A stretch of 64,000 nt of DNA, from contig CAVRAA010000006.1 of the NCBI GenBank assembly GCA_963718855.1, forward strand, positions 214,988-278,987, given 5' to 3'. The translations under genes and the position numbers were made by a program. Positions 38,436-50,729 of this stretch are shown here, one piece after another; position 1 is the stretch's first letter, and each line of letters starts with the position of its first letter. This DNA comes from an uncultured Nitrospiraceae bacterium. Lineage in GTDB: Bacteria > Nitrospirota > Thermodesulfovibrionia > Thermodesulfovibrionales > SM23-35. Below the pieces are notes generated by a model. It was not told the origin of the DNA, did not search any database, and saw only the letters and a list, made by a program, of their open reading frames with translations.

Positions 38436-38914
38436 CTTAGCCGCTCCTTTTCGGTCTTTATAGGGTCAAAGAGCAAAAATCGGCTTCGCCATTTCCCCTA
38501 TACGGGGTGATCAGAGTCCTACGCGATCTCTGATATCCCCTCCTGTTCCTATTTTAGAGCAGCATTATCACTTATAGCACTGTTCAGTTTTTCCCGGCCA
38601 GCTCTACCTTCACATTGAATTCAATGAAAATTTAGAACACTTGAAAAAGTTTAGTAGGTGTCTCTAAGAAAAATGGTATGCGTCTTATAGGGCGAAAGAA
38701 ACATCGCATGCTAGAGAGCCTTTGAACAGCAGGCAACCTTCCTGTATTTCAAGTTTCAAAAATGGCACAAATAGTGTAAATTAAACACGGAAATCTATAG
38801 ATGGAATATTACAAGCTGGTTCAGATATCATAGCAACGGAGGAGGTTGTTAGGAAACTAGCGGATATTAATATATGGTGAATTTACAAGAATAATTTTCT
38901 TAGGAGGGAGAATC

Positions 38915-39433
38915 ATGAAAAAATTAGTTTTCTTTTTGTTGATTATTGCATTTGTTTTAACATTTTCGTCTATTTGTGCAGCGCAAAAATCTTCTCTCGG
39001 CCTTGGCAATCTTGCGGTAAAACTAAATTATATCACCTTTACTGAGGATGAAGATACAGGCATTTATGCTGGACTTGAAGGATATGTCGAACTCAGACCT
39101 AATTTATATCTCGGTGCGGAGGTCGGCTATGCCAATTCTATTAGTGAGACAGATACATTTGTCCCGATCGAGTTAAACCTGAAATACGCGATAAAGGCTG
39201 GACCCGACTTTATCATCGACCTCGGTGCTGGCGGCTCTTATAATTATGTTGAAGAAGGACACAAAGACAACGATTGGCTATTGGGCATACAATTCTTTAT
39301 AGATTTGAACTACACAATAAACAAGTTTTTTATAGGTATCAATGCAAAATATCAACAAACTGAGCATTACAAAGATTCGAGTATTGATTTCAACAACTGG
39401 AGATTCGGTGGGCAGATAGGCATGATATTTTAA
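38915..39433 (+). CDS. Small outer-membrane beta-barrel protein (OmpW/OmpA-beta-barrel-like)
   Basis: Signal peptide, alternating beta-strand pattern, C-terminal ...GGQIGMIF with terminal Phe. RBS GGAGGGAG. Confidence 0.65.
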   Translation: MKKLVFFLLIIAFVLTFSSICAAQKSSLGLGNLAVKLNYITFTEDEDTGIYAGLEGYVELRPNLYLGAEVGYANSISETDTFVPIELNLKYAIKAGPDFIIDLGAGGSYNYVEEGHKDNDWLLGIQFFIDLNYTINKFFIGINAKYQQTEHYKDSSIDFNNWRFGGQIGMIF

Positions 39434-39778
39434 GTCTTTTGACAATTTGAGGCAGATCCATAATATGTGGCTCTTCTTTTTTAAAGATGATAATTGAACC
39501 TTAAACCCTATTGATGGCTCGGAAACCATACTGATTCCGCTTCAGCAAAAGGGAGAAGAAAGGATGAACATATAACAAGAGGTTCATACGGTCAGGTTTT
39601 GAAATATAAATGAGCAACAAGCTGGCTACTTTACAAGTTTCTGCGGACATACCACAGTATAAATGGAAAGCGTCATTTTAAATAGTTTGTTTGCTATGCG
39701 CATAAGTAGGTGGAGGTCGCACCGCCACGAGATCATTCAGCATTCTCCTTTTCTGAGGAAGCAGATATAATTATTGCA

Positions 39779-40054
39779 TCAGCGATACACTTCATCATGG
39801 CTGCCGATATCGAGCAGGACAATCTCCTTATCCGTGATCAGGAGCGTTAAAGTAATGCGATAGGTTCCTGCAAGACTTACCGAATGGCATCCTTTCAACT
39901 TGCCGGCTAATGGATGGAGTTCGAGATGAGGCTGGAAGGGGTCATGGCAGAGATCGTCAACAATCTTCACAAAACGGGGATTCAGAGCAGGAATTTTTTT
40001 AAAGAATTTGCGGGCCTGACGAAGAAAAAGTTGCGAAGTAATGATGGAATACAC
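39779..40054 (-). CDS. Type II toxin, RelE/ParE superfamily
   Basis: 91 aa in a 1-nt overlap operon with an upstream Phd/YefM-like gene. ...L.G.LKG.HS..L.G.YRI......D.EI.LL.IG.HDEVY pattern. Confidence 0.7.
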   Translation of the reverse strand: MYSIITSQLFLRQARKFFKKIPALNPRFVKIVDDLCHDPFQPHLELHPLAGKLKGCHSVSLAGTYRITLTLLITDKEIVLLDIGSHDEVYR

Positions 40055-40323
40055 TACTTATCTTCCTGTTCAATAGCCTTGAGCAACTCCCGCGCATTTT
40101 TGAACCTGGAAACACGACCCGCCTTGACGTCCTCAAGCGAGGCGCGTACTCTCGCCAAATATGCCTCGGTCTCTGTTGCCAGCAATTCCTGATACCGATC
40201 CTCAGTCAGAACAACATACTGAGGCTGGTTGTTCTTAATGACATAGACGGCTCCGTTCTTCAGGGGTTCATCTACGACAGATATCCCTCTTCTCTTTATT
40301 TCCTGGGCCGCAACGGTATTCAT
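40054..40323 (-). CDS. Type II antitoxin, Phd/YefM family
   Basis: 89 aa with an N-terminal Phd-like fold signature (..VYVIKNNQPQYVVLTEDRYQEL). Confidence 0.7.
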   Translation of the reverse strand: MNTVAAQEIKRRGISVVDEPLKNGAVYVIKNNQPQYVVLTEDRYQELLATETEAYLARVRASLEDVKAGRVSRFKNARELLKAIEQEDK

Positions 40324-40469
40324 ATAGCACTCCTTTCAGTATCTATAATAGTACTTAAATTATAAATAAAAAAGAACCTTTTTATCAATAAAAAGAAGGA
40401 AGCGGCCTGCTGCGCAGCCTGTGAAAGAAAAATTGAAGAGCAAAGAGAAGAAACTATTTGCGTGCTGCT

Positions 40470-42257
40470 TTACTTCACCTTCAGTACTGCGAGGAACGCC
40501 TCCTGCGGGAGTTCGAGTTTGCCGAACTGCTTCATCCTTTTCTTGCCTTCTTTCTGCTTTTCGAGCAGTTTCCTTTTGCGGGTAATATCACCGCCGTAGC
40601 ATTTGGCAAGGACATCTTTTCTTAACGCCTTTACGCTTTCCCGTGCGATGATCTTGTTGCCGATGGCAGCCTGAATGGCAACCTCATACATTTGCCTCGG
40701 AATGATCTGCCTGAGTTTTTCCGCCAGCTCCCGGCCTTTATAGTATGCCTTGTCCTTATGGACGATCATGGAAAGCGCGTCAACCACTTCACCGTTCAGC
40801 AGGATATTTAGTTTAATGAGGTCTGATTCCCGGTAGCCGATGAATTCATAATCCATGGAGGCATAGCCTCTTGAGAGAGACTTTAAACTGTCGTAGAAAT
40901 CCCAGAGTATCTCATTGAGGGGGAGTTCATATTCAACCTTTATCCTGTCTTTGCCGATGTAGGAAAAATTTTTCTGGGTTCCCCTTTTTTCCTGGCAGAG
41001 ATCGAGAATGGGACCGATAAAGCCGGAAGGAACAAAGATGGTCGCAAGGACGAACGGTTCTTCTATAAGCTCAAACTGTTCCGGCAGGAGCGAGGGGTTT
41101 TCGATATGGATGACCGCTCCGTCTGTTTTTGTCACCCGGTAAACCACAGTCGGCGCAGTGCTTAACAGGAGAAGATCAAACTCACGCTCTAACCGTTCTT
41201 TGACAATCTCCATATGGAGAAGTCCGAGGAAACCGCACCTGAAACCGAAGCCGAGGGCCAGTGATGTTTCAGGCTCGAACACAAAAGAGGCATCGTTCAG
41301 CCGCAGTTTATTGAGCGCATCTCTCAGGTTCTCATACTGATGGGACTGGGTCGGATAGAGTCCGCAAAAAACCATAGGCTTGATGTCTTTGTAACCGGGG
41401 CAGGGTGTGTCGACCGGATTGTCGGCATCGGTTATCGTATCGCCTATCTTCGTGTCCGTAAGGCTCCTTACGCCCGCAATGATGTATCCTGCCTCGCCCG
41501 CGGTTAATGAGGCGGTCGGCGTCATCTTGGGGGAAAATATTCCGACCTGCGCTACTTCGTAGACGCCTTCCGTTGCCATGAAACGGACCTTTTCCCCGGG
41601 TACTACCTTTCCGTCGAACAACCTCACCAGGACGATAACTCCCTGATAATTGTCGAACCATGAATCGAATATGAGCGCCTTCAGCGGGTTACTTTCGTCA
41701 CCCAGCGGCGGAGGTATCCTTTTTACGATGGCTTCAAGGATTTCTTTCGTACCGATTCCCTCTTTTGCGCTCGCAAGAATGGCGTCGGAACAGCTGATGC
41801 CGACGGCATCCTCGATCTGCTCCTTTGTTTTTTCGGTATCTGCGCTCGGAAGGTCTATCTTGTTGATGACCGGAATTATTTCAAGGTTATTCTCTGCCGC
41901 GAGATACGCATTGGCGAGCGTCTGTGCCTCAACTCCCTGGGAGGCGTCGACAACAAGCAGCGCACCCTCGCAGGAAGCAAGGCTCCGGGAAACTTCATAG
42001 GAGAAGTCCACATGGCCCGGTGTATCGATGAGGTTAAGGATATAGTCGTGCCCGTCGTCGGCGGTATAGTTGAGACGGACCGCGTGGGCTTTTATGGTAA
42101 TGCCCCGCTCTTTTTCGAGGTCCATCGTATCGAGGACCTGGGCGCTCATCTCCCTCGCGCTCAGGGCGCCTGTGTACTCAAGGAGCCTGTCGGCAAGCGT
42201 CGACTTCCCGTGGTCAATATGGGCGATGATGGAGAAATTGCGTATTCTTTTGGTCAT
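40470..42257 (-). CDS. lepA: Translation elongation factor 4
   Basis: [35 protein letters not shown], and a C-terminal LepA-specific domain ending in a Lys-rich tail. Confidence 0.95.
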   Translation of the reverse strand: MTKRIRNFSIIAHIDHGKSTLADRLLEYTGALSAREMSAQVLDTMDLEKERGITIKAHAVRLNYTADDGHDYILNLIDTPGHVDFSYEVSRSLASCEGALLVVDASQGVEAQTLANAYLAAENNLEIIPVINKIDLPSADTEKTKEQIEDAVGISCSDAILASAKEGIGTKEILEAIVKRIPPPLGDESNPLKALIFDSWFDNYQGVIVLVRLFDGKVVPGEKVRFMATEGVYEVAQVGIFSPKMTPTASLTAGEAGYIIAGVRSLTDTKIGDTITDADNPVDTPCPGYKDIKPMVFCGLYPTQSHQYENLRDALNKLRLNDASFVFEPETSLALGFGFRCGFLGLLHMEIVKERLEREFDLLLLSTAPTVVYRVTKTDGAVIHIENPSLLPEQFELIEEPFVLATIFVPSGFIGPILDLCQEKRGTQKNFSYIGKDRIKVEYELPLNEILWDFYDSLKSLSRGYASMDYEFIGYRESDLIKLNILLNGEVVDALSMIVHKDKAYYKGRELAEKLRQIIPRQMYEVAIQAAIGNKIIARESVKALRKDVLAKCYGGDITRKRKLLEKQKEGKKRMKQFGKLELPQEAFLAVLKVK

Positions 42258-42382
42258 AATTCTATGCTGAGCCTTTTATTTTATCATAAACAGCGAAATC
42301 GTTTTCGGTTTCTGATTTCGCGTGCGTACGGCGTTTGCTTTCGAAGGTCGTGCCATGATAAACTAGCAGAACATTTTGGTAA

Positions 42383-43850
<1,468 letters not shown>

Positions 43851-43860
43851 GCACGACAAA

Positions 43861-43893
43861 TAGTAGGTAGTAGGTAGTAGGCAGTAGGTAGGT
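43861..43893 (+). repeat. Heptanucleotide tandem repeat (TAGTAGG x about 4.5)
   Basis: Read directly in the guaB-guaA spacer. Confidence 0.7.
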
Positions 43894-43958
43894 GAAACCA
43901 AGACGGACGGCAACAGCAAAAAGACCGGCCATTATCTCATACAAAATACATTCAGAAC

Positions 43959-45496
43959 ATGCATGAAGAAAAAATATTAGTCCTCGATTTCGGCTCTCAG
44001 TATACCCAGTTGATTGCGCGACGGGTAAGGGAGGGCAAAGTCTACTCCGAGATTTTTCCGTTCAACGCGTCAATCGAAAAGATCAGGGCCTTTCACCCGA
44101 AAGGGATTATCCTCTCAGGCGGTCCGTCGAGTGTTTATGACAAAATCGCTCCGATACCGGATCTGAAGATATTCGACCTCGGCGTTCCGATCCTCGGAAT
44201 CTGTTACGGGATGCAGTTGATGGCCCACTGCCTTGGAGGCAAAGTCGCAAAGGCCCAGAAGAGGGAATATGGAAGGGCGGAACTCATTACGACAGAAGAC
44301 CGAATATTTTTAAAGGGATTCCCAAAAAGACTACTGTTTGGATGAGCCACGGCGACCGAATCGAACGGTACCCTTTGGGGTTCCAGCCTGTAGCGCATAC
44401 GGATAACTCACCTGTTGCCGCAATGGCCAATACATCGAGACAATTCTACGCGTTGCAATTTCATCCCGAAGTGGCTCATACCCCGCTGGGCTCCCGGATT
44501 ATCAGAAACTTTGTGTTCGGGATATGTGAATGCAGGCCGCTGTGGACGATGAAGTCCTTTATTGACGGGGTTACGCAGGAGATCAGGGAGCGGGTGGGGG
44601 ACAAAAGGGTGGTATGCGGCATAAGCGGCGGGGTGGATTCGACTGTCGCCGCTGTTCTCGTGCACCGGGCCGTAGGGAAACAGCTCACGTGTATTTTTGT
44701 CGACAACGGGGTGCTCAGGACAGGAGAGGCGGATAAGGTCGAAAAAACGCTGAGGAAGCATTTTCACATGAACATCGATTGCGTGGATGCATCCGAACGG
44801 TTCTTGAAAAAATTAAAAGGTGTTATTGATCCGGAAAAAAAGAGAAAGATCATAGGCAATGAATTCATACATGTGTTTGAGGAAGAGGCGAAAAAGATCA
44901 GGGGAGTTGAATTTCTCGCCCAGGGCACGCTCTACCCGGATGTCATCGAAAGCGTCTCTTTTAAGGGCCCGTCCGCAACAATAAAGAGCCATCACAATGT
45001 CGGCGGACTTCTGAAGAGGATGCGTCTGAAGCTTGTCGAACCGCTGAGAGAGCTGTTCAAGGACGAGGTAAGAGTGCTCGGAAAGGACCTTAACATCCCG
45101 GAGGAGATAATCAACCGTCAGCCCTTTCCCGGGCCGGGCCTTGCGATAAGGATCATCGGCGAAGTGACCGGAGAACGCTGCGATATTCTGAGGAAGGCGG
45201 ACACGATAGTTCTGGACGAGATCAGAAAGGCCGGCCTCTATACGAAACTCTGGCAGTCCTTTGCTGTTCTCCTGCCTGTGAAGAGCGTTGGCGTCATGGG
45301 AGACGAGAGGACGTACGAAAATGTCATTGCAGTGAGAGCGGTCAACAGCCTGGACGGGATGACTGCCGACTGGGCAAAGGTCCCCTATGAGGTGTTGGGA
45401 ATCATTTCCAGCAGGATTATCAATGAAGTAAGAGGCGTCAACAGGGTGGTCTACGACATAAGCTCCAAACCGCCGAGCACGATAGAGTGGGAATGA
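43959..45496 (+). CDS. guaA: GMP synthase (glutamine-hydrolysing), single frame interruption at the A5 run 44324-44328
   Basis: GATase (ILGICYGMQ) ends ...LKGFPK. The next frame gives [11 protein letters not shown]..., the ATP-PPase SGGVDSTV, and the C-terminal PPSTIEWE. Confidence 0.9.
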
Positions 45497-45507
45497 TCTG
45501 TTGGTGT

Positions 45508-45660
45508 TACTAATAAACCCGGCAAGCAAATACTTTAAAAAATCGTCATTGTCCGGCATGACCGGACAATCCAGAACCTATTGGAAATACTGGATTCCCC
45601 GATCAAGTCGGGGAATGACAGAATTCATATATTTACTTGCCAAGTTAATAATAAACCGGT
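45508..45660 (+). repeat. MITE-like nested-palindrome element, full copy
   Basis: Near-identical to 33607-33747. Terminal inverted repeats TAATAAACCCGGCAAGCAAATA / TATTTACTTGCCAAGTTAATAATAAACCGG. Confidence 0.75.
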
Positions 45661-45688
45661 AAGTATGAACTTATTAGTATAATGTTAA

Positions 45689-46090
45689 ATGGACAAAGAA
45701 AAAAAAGTTGCATACTGGATAAAAACAGCAGAAAATGACTCGAATGACTCGGTGGTAACAGGTCATCTTTTTGAAAAGGGTGATTATCCTTATGCCCTGT
45801 TTTTCGGACATTTGACCATTGAGAAGCTCTTAAAGGCGATTTTTGTCCGAAAATTTGATGAACCTCCTCCTTATACCCACAGACTGACCTATTTAGCTGA
45901 AAAAGCAGGATTAGACATATCTCCCGAAAGAATGGAGGCACTGGAGATAATCACGGACTTCAATCTTGAGGCGCGATATCCGGATGAGAAGTTTTCATTT
46001 CATAAGAAGTGCACAAAGGATTTTACTGAGAAAAATCTCATGAAGATTGAGGAAATAAAAGAGTGGCTGTTACAACTGAGTCAACGGTAG
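45689..46090 (+). CDS. HEPN domain protein
   Basis: 133 aa helical protein with HL.IEKLLKA...THRL..L, typical of small HEPN partners of minimal nucleotidyltransferases. Overlaps the NTase gene. Confidence 0.7.
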   Translation: MDKEKKVAYWIKTAENDSNDSVVTGHLFEKGDYPYALFFGHLTIEKLLKAIFVRKFDEPPPYTHRLTYLAEKAGLDISPERMEALEIITDFNLEARYPDEKFSFHKKCTKDFTEKNLMKIEEIKEWLLQLSQR

Positions 46091-46383
46091 AATTAGTTAA
46101 GAGATATATTAAGGAGCTTGAGAATAATAATATCCCTGTTCAGGAAGTTATTATCTTTGGCTCTTATGCAAAGGGAACCCCAAAGGAAGAAAGCGACATT
46201 GATATTGCTTTGATCTCGACCGTATTTACCGGCGACAGATACGAAGACAGGAGGAAGTTGATTCCTTTAAGAAGGAAGATAGATAACAGAATTGAGCCGA
46301 TGCCGTTCAGACCTGAGGATTTTCAAAAGGGCGGAATACTTGTTGATGAGATCAAGAAGACGGGCAAGGCAATAAGCATTTAG
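46063..46383 (+). CDS. Minimal nucleotidyltransferase (MNT) domain protein
   Basis: IIFGSYAKGTPKEESDIDIAL (GS-x9-DxD NTase motif). GTG start, 28-nt overlap with the HEPN gene. Confidence 0.7.
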   Translation: MAVTTESTVELVKRYIKELENNNIPVQEVIIFGSYAKGTPKEESDIDIALISTVFTGDRYEDRRKLIPLRRKIDNRIEPMPFRPEDFQKGGILVDEIKKTGKAISI

Positions 46384-46397
46384 ATTACTATACGACG

Positions 46398-47324
46398 ATG
46401 GACATAAAACCCTATCTAACCGAAAAGCGTGAATTAATCGATTCGTATCTGAAGACGTATTTCGACAGGCCGGCGTCTCCGGCCCTGCTTCATGACGCCC
46501 TGAAATATTCGCTTTTTGCAGGAGGAAAGAGGATTAGGCCTATACTCGCACTGGCTTCCTATGAGGCATGTGGAGGGGGCGCGGTGGATGTCCTCCCGCA
46601 GGCCGCGGCCCTTGAACTGATCCACACCTATTCGCTTATCCATGACGATCTCCCTGCAATGGACGATGACGACCTGAGGCGCGGAAAGCCGACGAACCAT
46701 AAGGTTTTCGGTGAAGCGATGGCAATCCTCGCAGGGGACGCTCTCCTTACAGAGGCTTTTTCCATGTTGACGAGCACGGACCCGTTGCTCCACTTCAGCA
46801 GTGGCGGTATGGGTGCTCTGAAAGGCAAGAAGATCACCCGATCTTCTCTTCTGAAAATTGTGAGGGAAATCGCTTTTTCATCGGGCATGCATGGTATGGT
46901 CGGTGGTCAGGCGGAAGACATCCTTTCCGAGGATTCTGTTCCTGACCCGCAGAAGATCGAATTCATTCACCGTCACAAGACCGCAGCGCTCATAGCGGCA
47001 TCCGTCAAAATGGGGCCCATTCTCGCAAACAGCAGTAAAAAAATGTTGAAGTCGATGACGAAATATGGTGAAAATATCGGGCTGGCGTTTCAGATCATTG
47101 ATGATATACTGGATATTGAAGGTACCACCGAAGAGCTTGGGAAACCGGCGGGTTCAGACCGGCGAAAGAAGAAGATGACCTATCCCGGCTTGTTCGGCGT
47201 GGAAGGCGCCCGGCAGAAAGCAGGCAACCTGATAACCGGAGCGATTGAAGCCATCAGTGTGTTCTCGTCCGGAGCCGATCCCTTACGGGAAATTGCGCGG
47301 TACCTTTTTGAGAGGAGGGCCTGA
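46398..47324 (+). CDS. ispA: Polyprenyl (farnesyl/geranylgeranyl) diphosphate synthase
   Basis: First and second Asp-rich motifs: LIHDDLPAMDDDDLRRG and FQIIDDILD. Confidence 0.9.
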   Translation: MDIKPYLTEKRELIDSYLKTYFDRPASPALLHDALKYSLFAGGKRIRPILALASYEACGGGAVDVLPQAAALELIHTYSLIHDDLPAMDDDDLRRGKPTNHKVFGEAMAILAGDALLTEAFSMLTSTDPLLHFSSGGMGALKGKKITRSSLLKIVREIAFSSGMHGMVGGQAEDILSEDSVPDPQKIEFIHRHKTAALIAASVKMGPILANSSKKMLKSMTKYGENIGLAFQIIDDILDIEGTTEELGKPAGSDRRKKKMTYPGLFGVEGARQKAGNLITGAIEAISVFSSGADPLREIARYLFERRA

Positions 47325-49222
47325 TGTATATTGAACAGATAGCATCTCCTGCTGACCTGAAGAAACTCTCACCCCATGAGCTGCAGAAACTAAAGAGAGA
47401 GATCAGGACTATCATCATCGAGCGCGTTTCCAAAAACGGGGGACACCTCGCCTCAAACCTCGGGGTGATAGAGCTCACGATAGCCCTCCACTATGTACTT
47501 GATTCTCCGAGGGATAAAATTATCTGGGATGTCGGTCATCAGACATATCCGCATAAACTCCTGACCGGACGATTCGGACGTTTTTCAGAAATACGGAAAT
47601 TGAATGGGATTTCCGGATTTCCGAAAAGGGATGAGAGCGAGCACGACGCTTTCGGAACAGGTCATAGTTCAACATCGATTTCAGCAGCTCTCGGAATCAT
47701 TGAAGGAAGAGACAGGAATAAAGAAGATTTCAAGGTTGTTGCCGTTATCGGCGACGGTGCGTTGACGGGCGGGATTGCCTTCGAGGGCCTCAATAATGCC
47801 GGACACCTGAAAAAAGATCTCATCGTCATCCTGAACGACAACGAAATGTCGATATCAAAGAATGTCGGAGCGCTGCCTGCTTATCTCAACAGGATACTGA
47901 CCGGAGACCTCTATCAGCGATTCAAGAAAGAGACGAAGTCCCGGCTCGAAAAAATACCCAAAGTAGGCGGCAAAGCTGCCGAGATCGCCGAAAAGACTGA
48001 AGACATGCTGAAGAGGCTTTTTCTTCCCGGCATCCTTTTCGAAGAACTCGGATTCAATTACGTCGGACCAATCGACGGTCATGACATCGATCTTCTCATC
48101 GGGACGTTAAAAAGGATAAAAACGGAAACCTCTCCAACGCTTGTGCATGTTATTACAAAGAAGGGGAGAGGGTATGCGTTTTCGGAACAGAACCCCTCCC
48201 TCTTTCACGGGATTGGTCCGTTCAAGCTTGAAACAGGATCTCCCATCAGCGGAAATCTTCCGACGTATAGTGAGGTATTCGGCACTATGCTGACGGGACT
48301 GGCAGAAAAAGATGACAAAATCGTGGCCATAACCGCTGCCATGAAGGAAGGCACAGGGCTCGTACAATTTGCAAAGAGATTTCCTGACCGTTTTTATGAT
48401 GTCGGTATTGCCGAGGCACATGCAGTGACGTTTGCCGCAGGACTTGCGACGCAGGGGCTGAGACCTGTTGTTGCGGTCTATTCGACATTTCTTCAGAGGG
48501 CGTACGATGAAATAGTGCACGACGTCTGTCTTCAGAATCTCCCCGTTATATTTTCCATCGACAGAGCCGGCCTTGTCGGAGAAGATGGACCGACACACCA
48601 CGGAGTATTCGACCTGTCCTACCTGCGGCACATACCGAACATCATAATTATGGAGCCAAAAGACGAAATCGAAATGAAAGAGATGTTCGAATGTGCACTC
48701 TCTCATAAGGGCCCTGTTGCAATACGCTTTCAGAGAGGGAAAGCACGCCCGGCAATCGACAGGTATCCCGATATCGCAGGTAACGTGCCGGTATCATTCA
48801 GGATCGGTGAAGCTGAGGTGCTGAAGGACGGCAAAGACGTGGCGCTGATAGCGCTGGGAAGCACTGTTTACCCTGCCCTGTCGGCAGCGCACAGACTCGA
48901 AAAAGAAGGGGTTTCAGCGATGGTCGTCAACGCACGTTTTGTAAAACCGATAGACCGTGCCCTTATCACGTCTGTTGCGGCAATCGTTCCAAAGATCATT
49001 ACTGTTGAAGAGAATGTGCTCCAGGGAGGGTTTGGCAGCGCAGTTCTCGAATTCTTAAACGAACGCGATATACCTTCCGTAAGAGTGAAACGTATCGGGA
49101 TTCCGGATATCTTTATCGAGCAGGGAACACAGGCTGAGCTGAGGAAAAGATACGGCCTTGATGAAGACGGGATAGCCAGTGCGGTACTCTCCCTGCACAA
49201 GGAGCCGACATTCAGCTTTTGA
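47324..49222 (+). CDS. dxs: 1-deoxy-D-xylulose-5-phosphate synthase
   Basis: GGHLASNLGVIELT, DVGHQTYPHK, GDGALTGG, IAEAHAVTFAAGLA. Its ATG overlaps the ispA TGA. Confidence 0.95.
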   Translation: MYIEQIASPADLKKLSPHELQKLKREIRTIIIERVSKNGGHLASNLGVIELTIALHYVLDSPRDKIIWDVGHQTYPHKLLTGRFGRFSEIRKLNGISGFPKRDESEHDAFGTGHSSTSISAALGIIEGRDRNKEDFKVVAVIGDGALTGGIAFEGLNNAGHLKKDLIVILNDNEMSISKNVGALPAYLNRILTGDLYQRFKKETKSRLEKIPKVGGKAAEIAEKTEDMLKRLFLPGILFEELGFNYVGPIDGHDIDLLIGTLKRIKTETSPTLVHVITKKGRGYAFSEQNPSLFHGIGPFKLETGSPISGNLPTYSEVFGTMLTGLAEKDDKIVAITAAMKEGTGLVQFAKRFPDRFYDVGIAEAHAVTFAAGLATQGLRPVVAVYSTFLQRAYDEIVHDVCLQNLPVIFSIDRAGLVGEDGPTHHGVFDLSYLRHIPNIIIMEPKDEIEMKEMFECALSHKGPVAIRFQRGKARPAIDRYPDIAGNVPVSFRIGEAEVLKDGKDVALIALGSTVYPALSAAHRLEKEGVSAMVVNARFVKPIDRALITSVAAIVPKIITVEENVLQGGFGSAVLEFLNERDIPSVRVKRIGIPDIFIEQGTQAELRKRYGLDEDGIASAVLSLHKEPTFSF

Positions 49223-50004
49223 AAGAAAGGCTTGACAAGATACTCGTTGCAAAAGGGCTGGTAAAAAGCAGAGAGCTTGCGCGGGCGCTCATCATGGAAG
49301 GCAATGTTTTTGTCGGCGGTTTGCAGGTCACAAAGGCCGGCTCTTTGGTCCATGACACCGCCGACATCGATCTCAGGAAAACCGGCATCCCCTATGTAAG
49401 CAGGGGAGGCCTTAAAATTGAAGCAGCGCTCGATTTTTTTCATTGTGCTGTGCAGGATAAGATTATTATGGATGTCGGGGCTTCAACGGGCGGGTTTACG
49501 GATTGTTTATTGCAGAGAGGGGCCCGAAAGATCTACTGTATTGATGTAGGATACGGACAGCTTGCATGGTCTTTGCGACAGGACCCGAGAGTGATTCTCC
49601 TCGAAAGGACCAATATACGTTACCTCAGCGAAACACTAAAAGAGCGGGGAGAGAAGGGCAGGGAGCAGGGAATGGAAGACCTCATTGAAAGAAGGGTAGC
49701 TATGGCTGTGGTTGATGTATCATTTATCTCCCTGAAGACAGTTATTCCTGCCGTAGTACCGTTCCTTCATGCCGGGGCTGAAATACTCGCACTTGTCAAA
49801 CCGCAGTTTGAAGTGGGGAAGGGAGAACTGGGGAAAGGCGGGATTGTGAAAGATGAGGAGAAAAGGCTGTCTGCTGTGGAGGATGTCAGATGTGCGCTTG
49901 AAGGGCAGAGACTTGCTACCATCGGCGTTTTCCAGTCGCCGACACCTGGACAAAAGGGAAACAGGGAGTACTTTTTATACATGAGGAGGGAATCTCATGG
50001 ATGA
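49219..50004 (+). CDS. tlyA: TlyA family rRNA 2'-O-methyltransferase (S4 + FtsJ domains)
   Basis: RLDKILVAKGLVKSRELARALI (S4), DVGASTGGFTDCLLQRGA (SAM motif). TTG start overlapping the dxs stop. Confidence 0.8.
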   Translation: MKERLDKILVAKGLVKSRELARALIMEGNVFVGGLQVTKAGSLVHDTADIDLRKTGIPYVSRGGLKIEAALDFFHCAVQDKIIMDVGASTGGFTDCLLQRGARKIYCIDVGYGQLAWSLRQDPRVILLERTNIRYLSETLKERGEKGREQGMEDLIERRVAMAVVDVSFISLKTVIPAVVPFLHAGAEILALVKPQFEVGKGELGKGGIVKDEEKRLSAVEDVRCALEGQRLATIGVFQSPTPGQKGNREYFLYMRRESHG

Positions 50005-50674
50005 AGAAAAAATTCTCATAGGCATTGATCTTTCCACGGCATCCGAGGTGCTGGTTGAGTTGATTATTGAAGATGCGGTTGACGCTTCAGTCTTTGAAGA
50101 GATCGCCAGGGCAAATGTCCACAGGCCTGAGATTTTAAGGCTTCTCCTCGACAGTCCCGAGACGCCCGACGAAGCAAGAGCATTGGTGTCCGGCATGTTG
50201 AGTACTCCCGCAAAGCCGAAATCCGAGATCGTGCGGGCGCAGAAAACGCCCGAGGCCCGCACCCACGGGATTCTCCAGAGGATTCAGAAGCTGAACGTTT
50301 CCGAAAAAATACAACTCGCACTGAGGGGCGGCAAGGAAATCAGGACAATCCTTATGCGCGACCCAAACAAGGAAGTGTGTCTCACAGTCCTTGAAAACCC
50401 TAAACTTACCGACACTGAAGTCGAAATTATCGCACGGTCGCGTTCGATTCCGGACGAAGCACTCAGGAAGATAACCAAGAAAAGGGAATGGATGAAGAAT
50501 TACAATGTAATGCTGGCTCTCCTGACGAATCCAAAAATGCCGACCGGCATTGCGCTTCCACTGGTAAGCGAGCTCAAAACAAAAGATCTCTCTCTGCTCG
50601 AGAAGAACAAAAATGTCTCTGAGGGTTTGCGCGGGACCGCCAAGAAAATTCTCAGAGCAAGGAAAGCCCACTGA
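49997..50674 (+). CDS. Hypothetical helical-repeat protein
   Basis: 225-aa ORF with repeated ...NP..P..I...L... helical units. No catalytic motif recognised. Confidence 0.45.
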   Translation: MDEEKILIGIDLSTASEVLVELIIEDAVDASVFEEIARANVHRPEILRLLLDSPETPDEARALVSGMLSTPAKPKSEIVRAQKTPEARTHGILQRIQKLNVSEKIQLALRGGKEIRTILMRDPNKEVCLTVLENPKLTDTEVEIIARSRSIPDEALRKITKKREWMKNYNVMLALLTNPKMPTGIALPLVSELKTKDLSLLEKNKNVSEGLRGTAKKILRARKAH

Positions 50675-50729
50675 CGCAGCCTCTGAGATATGTTAGTATA
50701 GAAAAAGGATTACGGGAGGATTTGCAGGA

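Larger units (their letters stand above)
37248..38605 (-). mobile_element. IS3-family insertion sequence with imperfect terminal inverted repeats and 3-bp ACC target duplication
   Basis: AGAGGTGGCCGGG (37248-37260) versus the reverse complement of CCCGGCCAGCTCT (38593-38605). ACC flanks both ends (37245-37247 and 38606-38608). About 1.36 kb, the usual IS3 size. Confidence 0.7.
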
